From Candidatus Dormiibacterota bacterium (GTDB taxonomy: Bacteria > Chloroflexota > Dormibacteria > Aeolococcales > Aeolococcaceae), in NCBI GenBank assembly GCA_963709585.1, contig CAVPXI010000007.1, forward strand, positions 512,001 through 576,000: a stretch of DNA of 64,000 bases, written 5' to 3'. Positions 61,343-64,000 of this stretch are shown piece after piece. The translations under genes were made by a program, and so were the position numbers. The notes under the pieces were generated by a model that saw only the letters and a program-made list of their open reading frames with translations, searched no databases and was not told the origin of the DNA. Each line of letters starts with the position of its first letter. The first letter of the stretch is position 1.

Positions 61343-62541
61343 CGGCGCGCATCCTCGGTGACGACCCCACCGCGCACGGTGAAGTGGCGGACGTCCATGA
61401 AATCAGCGACCTCGCTGAGCGGTTCCGTCGTCGTCACCAGCACCTGGTGCCGGCTCTCCGCAGCGAGCAGCGCGAGCAGGCGCCCGCGCCGTTCTGGATC
61501 CAGTTCGCTCAGCACATCGTCGAGAAGGATGACCGGGGCGACGCCCGCGGTGTCCTGCAGGTAGCGGACCTCGGCGAGCTTGCAGGCGAGCACGATGCTC
61601 CGCTGCTGACCCTGCGACGCGGTCCCCCGCGCGGCTCGACCGTCAAGGTCGAACGCGATGTCGTCGCGGTGCGGGCCTGCCAGGGTGATTCCTCGTGCCA
61701 CCTCCTCCGCGGCGCGGTCGCGCAGTGTTTCGAGCAGGGCTTGTTCAGCCGCCTCGATCCTGTCAGGAATCAACTCCGCGTGGGCCGGTGCGTATCGGAG
61801 CGAGATGCGCTCGCGCTGACCGCTGAGATCGTGCAGCGCCACGGCGGCGAGGGGCGCCAGCGCATCGACGAGGCGCGTGCGAGCCAGCGCCAGCCACGCC
61901 CCGTGGTGCGCGAGCTCGCTGGTAAAACCGTTCACCGAGTCGCGGGCGCCGCCGCCGAGGCGAAGCTGATGGAGCAGCGCATTTCGCTGCTCGAGCACGT
62001 GGCGGTACCGCGACATGTGCGCGACCGCCTGCGCGTCGGTCTGCGCGAGGATGACGTCGAGAAAGCGCCGGCGTCCGTCCGGGCCGCCGCGGACGAGCGC
62101 GAGGTCCTCCGGCCAGAAGAGCACCACCGGGCAGACCCCGAGCATGGCGCGCGCGGGACGCGGCTTTGCATCGACGGCGGTGACCCGCGACACGCGTCCC
62201 GTCGACGCGTCGCGCTGAAATCGGACCGAGAGGGTGACGTCCGCCGGGGGACGCGTGACGTCGGCCTCGGCGAGCGCCGCATTCTCGCTCCAGAGCAGAA
62301 GGTCGGCGCTGCTCGTGGTTCGTGGAGACCGTGTCAGGGCCAGGGTGGCGATCGCCTCGAGGAGGTTGGTCTTCCCCTGTGCGTTTTGGCCATGAATGAC
62401 ATTGAGCCCTGGACCGAAGCGCACCGTCGCCTCGGCGTAGTTTCGAAAGCAGTGCAGGCGCAGGCGGGCGATGGCGCAACGCGGGGCTTGCGTGCCGGCG
62501 CCCTCCGCGGGCGTGTCGACGGTCGGCGCGTCGACGCTCAT
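61339..62541 (-). CDS. recF: DNA replication/repair protein RecF
   Basis: FRNY, GQNAQGKTNLLEA, RRRFLD, GPHRDD, SQGQQRS, LLDDVLSELD. Confidence 0.96.
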   Translation of the reverse strand: MSVDAPTVDTPAEGAGTQAPRCAIARLRLHCFRNYAEATVRFGPGLNVIHGQNAQGKTNLLEAIATLALTRSPRTTSSADLLLWSENAALAEADVTRPPADVTLSVRFQRDASTGRVSRVTAVDAKPRPARAMLGVCPVVLFWPEDLALVRGGPDGRRRFLDVILAQTDAQAVAHMSRYRHVLEQRNALLHQLRLGGGARDSVNGFTSELAHHGAWLALARTRLVDALAPLAAVALHDLSGQRERISLRYAPAHAELIPDRIEAAEQALLETLRDRAAEEVARGITLAGPHRDDIAFDLDGRAARGTASQGQQRSIVLACKLAEVRYLQDTAGVAPVILLDDVLSELDPERRGRLLALLAAESRHQVLVTTTEPLSEVADFMDVRHFTVRGGVVTEDARR

Positions 62542-63683
62542 GCGGCGCGTTCCGCCATGCCGGCGATCAACTCGGCGATCCGGCGGGTTGCATCCGGCCG
62601 AGCCACCGCCTTGACCGCAGCGCGCATGCTCGCGAGCGCTGGCGATCCTGGCGCGGCAAGCTCGGCGACGGCGTCGACGAGTTGATCGTCGTGCGGAACA
62701 TAGCGCCCCGCGCCGATGTCCACCACCCACTCCACGTTACCGCGCTCCTGCCCCGGGAGATACCAGACGAGCAGGAGTGGTAGCCCGCAGCAGAGCGCCT
62801 CCGCGATAGTTCCCGGGCCGGCCTTGGAGACCACCACGTCGCTCGCGCGCATCCACTCGGCCATGTTGTCCACGTACCCGAGCACCCGGACCGGCCGTCC
62901 GCTCCGGGTGTGCAGCCCCGCGAGAGCTGACCGCGCGCGCTGGTTGCGTCCGCAGATCACGACGACGTCCACGTCGAGCGACGCTGCCGCGAGCGCCCGC
63001 GCGTGCTTGACGAGACCTCCGGATCCGTCCGCGCCGCCACAGACGAGCACCACGAAAGCATCAGGGCGCAGGCCCAGCCGTCCGCGGATCGCGGCGATGC
63101 CCTCCGGGTCGCCGGGGAGTTCCGTGAACCGGCGGTCGACGGCGAGGCCGAAGTCGTGGCAGCGCGACGCAGGGATGCCCGCACGACGGCAGTGATCGAG
63201 CCCGCCCGGGGACGGGACCACCACAGCGTCGACGTCCGGGCATGCCCACGCGATGTGGATGTCCACCAGGTCGGTGATCACCGTGACCACCGGGGCCGGC
63301 CGCGGCCGGTTGCGCACCGCGCGCACGCTGACGTGATTCAGCAGCGGGTGAAAGGAGACGATGCAGTCGGGATCGATCTGCTCGACCGCATCGGTGACGG
63401 CGCCGGTCACGGATCGCAGCACTGTGCTGTCGAGCAAGGCGACAGCTGAGCGGTTGTTGGTCGAGTGGTACAGCGCGCCCCACAGCCAGCGCGCATGCCT
63501 GGTGATCGGGCCGTAGAGTCCCGCCGTGCCGCCGATCACGCGCGGCTTCGCGCTGGTGAACGGGTCGAGGATGGTGATCTCGAACTCGCCCGGAGACGTC
63601 ACCGCCATCTGGCGTTCCACCGCGGTTGCAGCGGCACGGTGGCCGCCACCGGTATCGGCGATGAGAAAGAGCAGCTTGCTCAT
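62538..63683 (-). CDS. MGDG synthase/UgtP-family glycosyltransferase
   Basis: DTGGGHRAAA, SFHPL, VITD, ICGRN, SKAGPGTIAEA, PGQERGN. Confidence 0.9.
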   Translation of the reverse strand: MSKLLFLIADTGGGHRAAATAVERQMAVTSPGEFEITILDPFTSAKPRVIGGTAGLYGPITRHARWLWGALYHSTNNRSAVALLDSTVLRSVTGAVTDAVEQIDPDCIVSFHPLLNHVSVRAVRNRPRPAPVVTVITDLVDIHIAWACPDVDAVVVPSPGGLDHCRRAGIPASRCHDFGLAVDRRFTELPGDPEGIAAIRGRLGLRPDAFVVLVCGGADGSGGLVKHARALAAASLDVDVVVICGRNQRARSALAGLHTRSGRPVRVLGYVDNMAEWMRASDVVVSKAGPGTIAEALCCGLPLLLVWYLPGQERGNVEWVVDIGAGRYVPHDDQLVDAVAELAAPGSPALASMRAAVKAVARPDATRRIAELIAGMAERAA

Positions 63684-64000
63684 CCGCTCACCGCCACCGA
63701 TGCCGCGACCAGCGTCTGTGGCGCAAAGTCGGTGATGACCTGGGTGTTGGTCCCGTCGGCGTTCTCGACATACGCCTGGACGATGCCGTTGGAGTCGGCG
63801 TTGAGGTAGACGAGCTGCCGTCCGCTGGGAGCGACCACCACGGTGCCGAGCGACCCGACCCCTGGACCCGAGGCGACCGGGATCTGTTCATCACCCGCAA
63901 CACTGACGAGCACGAGGGTGGGAATGCCGTTCGGTGGCCTGTTGATCCCGAGGAGCGTCCCGGTCGCCGTGAAGCCCACCGGCTGCAGCGAGGGGTCGAG
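63680..64000 (-). CDS. C-terminus of a beta-propeller (TolB-like) protein, truncated by window edge
   Basis: APSGRQLVY..NADGTNTQVIT; stop overlaps the glycosyltransferase start. Confidence 0.6.
   Translation of the reverse strand, partial: LDPSLQPVGFTATGTLLGINRPPNGIPTLVLVSVAGDEQIPVASGPGVGSLGTVVVAPSGRQLVYLNADSNGIVQAYVENADGTNTQVITDFAPQTLVAASVAVSG

Overview
High-GC bacterial chromosome window containing the replication-origin region. It holds rpmH-rnpA-yidD-yidC-jag, dnaA, a DnaA-box/DnaA-trio oriC, dnaN, an inverted recF-dciA pair and parAB. Other housekeeping blocks are gcvT-gcvH, tRNA-Val(CAC), rpsF-ssb-rpsR, a serC-like/serA/DUF1015 cluster, folB-folD-folC, two FemABX-type genes, pfkB-glpX-yvcK, and an IscS plus Rrf2-regulated SUF cluster. 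Gene content and order suggest a Terrabacteria lineage such as Chloroflexota or Ca. Dormibacterota; this is inference only. At least eight single-base frameshifts, two of them in essential dnaN, point to an error-prone assembly rather than real pseudogenes. I saw no CRISPR array, integrase or transposase. The most interesting items are: (1) a free-standing single-motif LAGLIDADG gene divergent from parAB, across a spacer with DnaA boxes; (2) an unannotated promoter/leader-peptide/terminator attenuator upstream of an ABC exporter; (3) two structured intergenic RNA candidates, one possibly IS110 bridge-RNA-like; (4) an ATC start for rpmH and a probable CTG start in the same gene run; (5) pervasive leaderless-gene signatures; (6) an internally duplicated unknown protein inside the folate operon.
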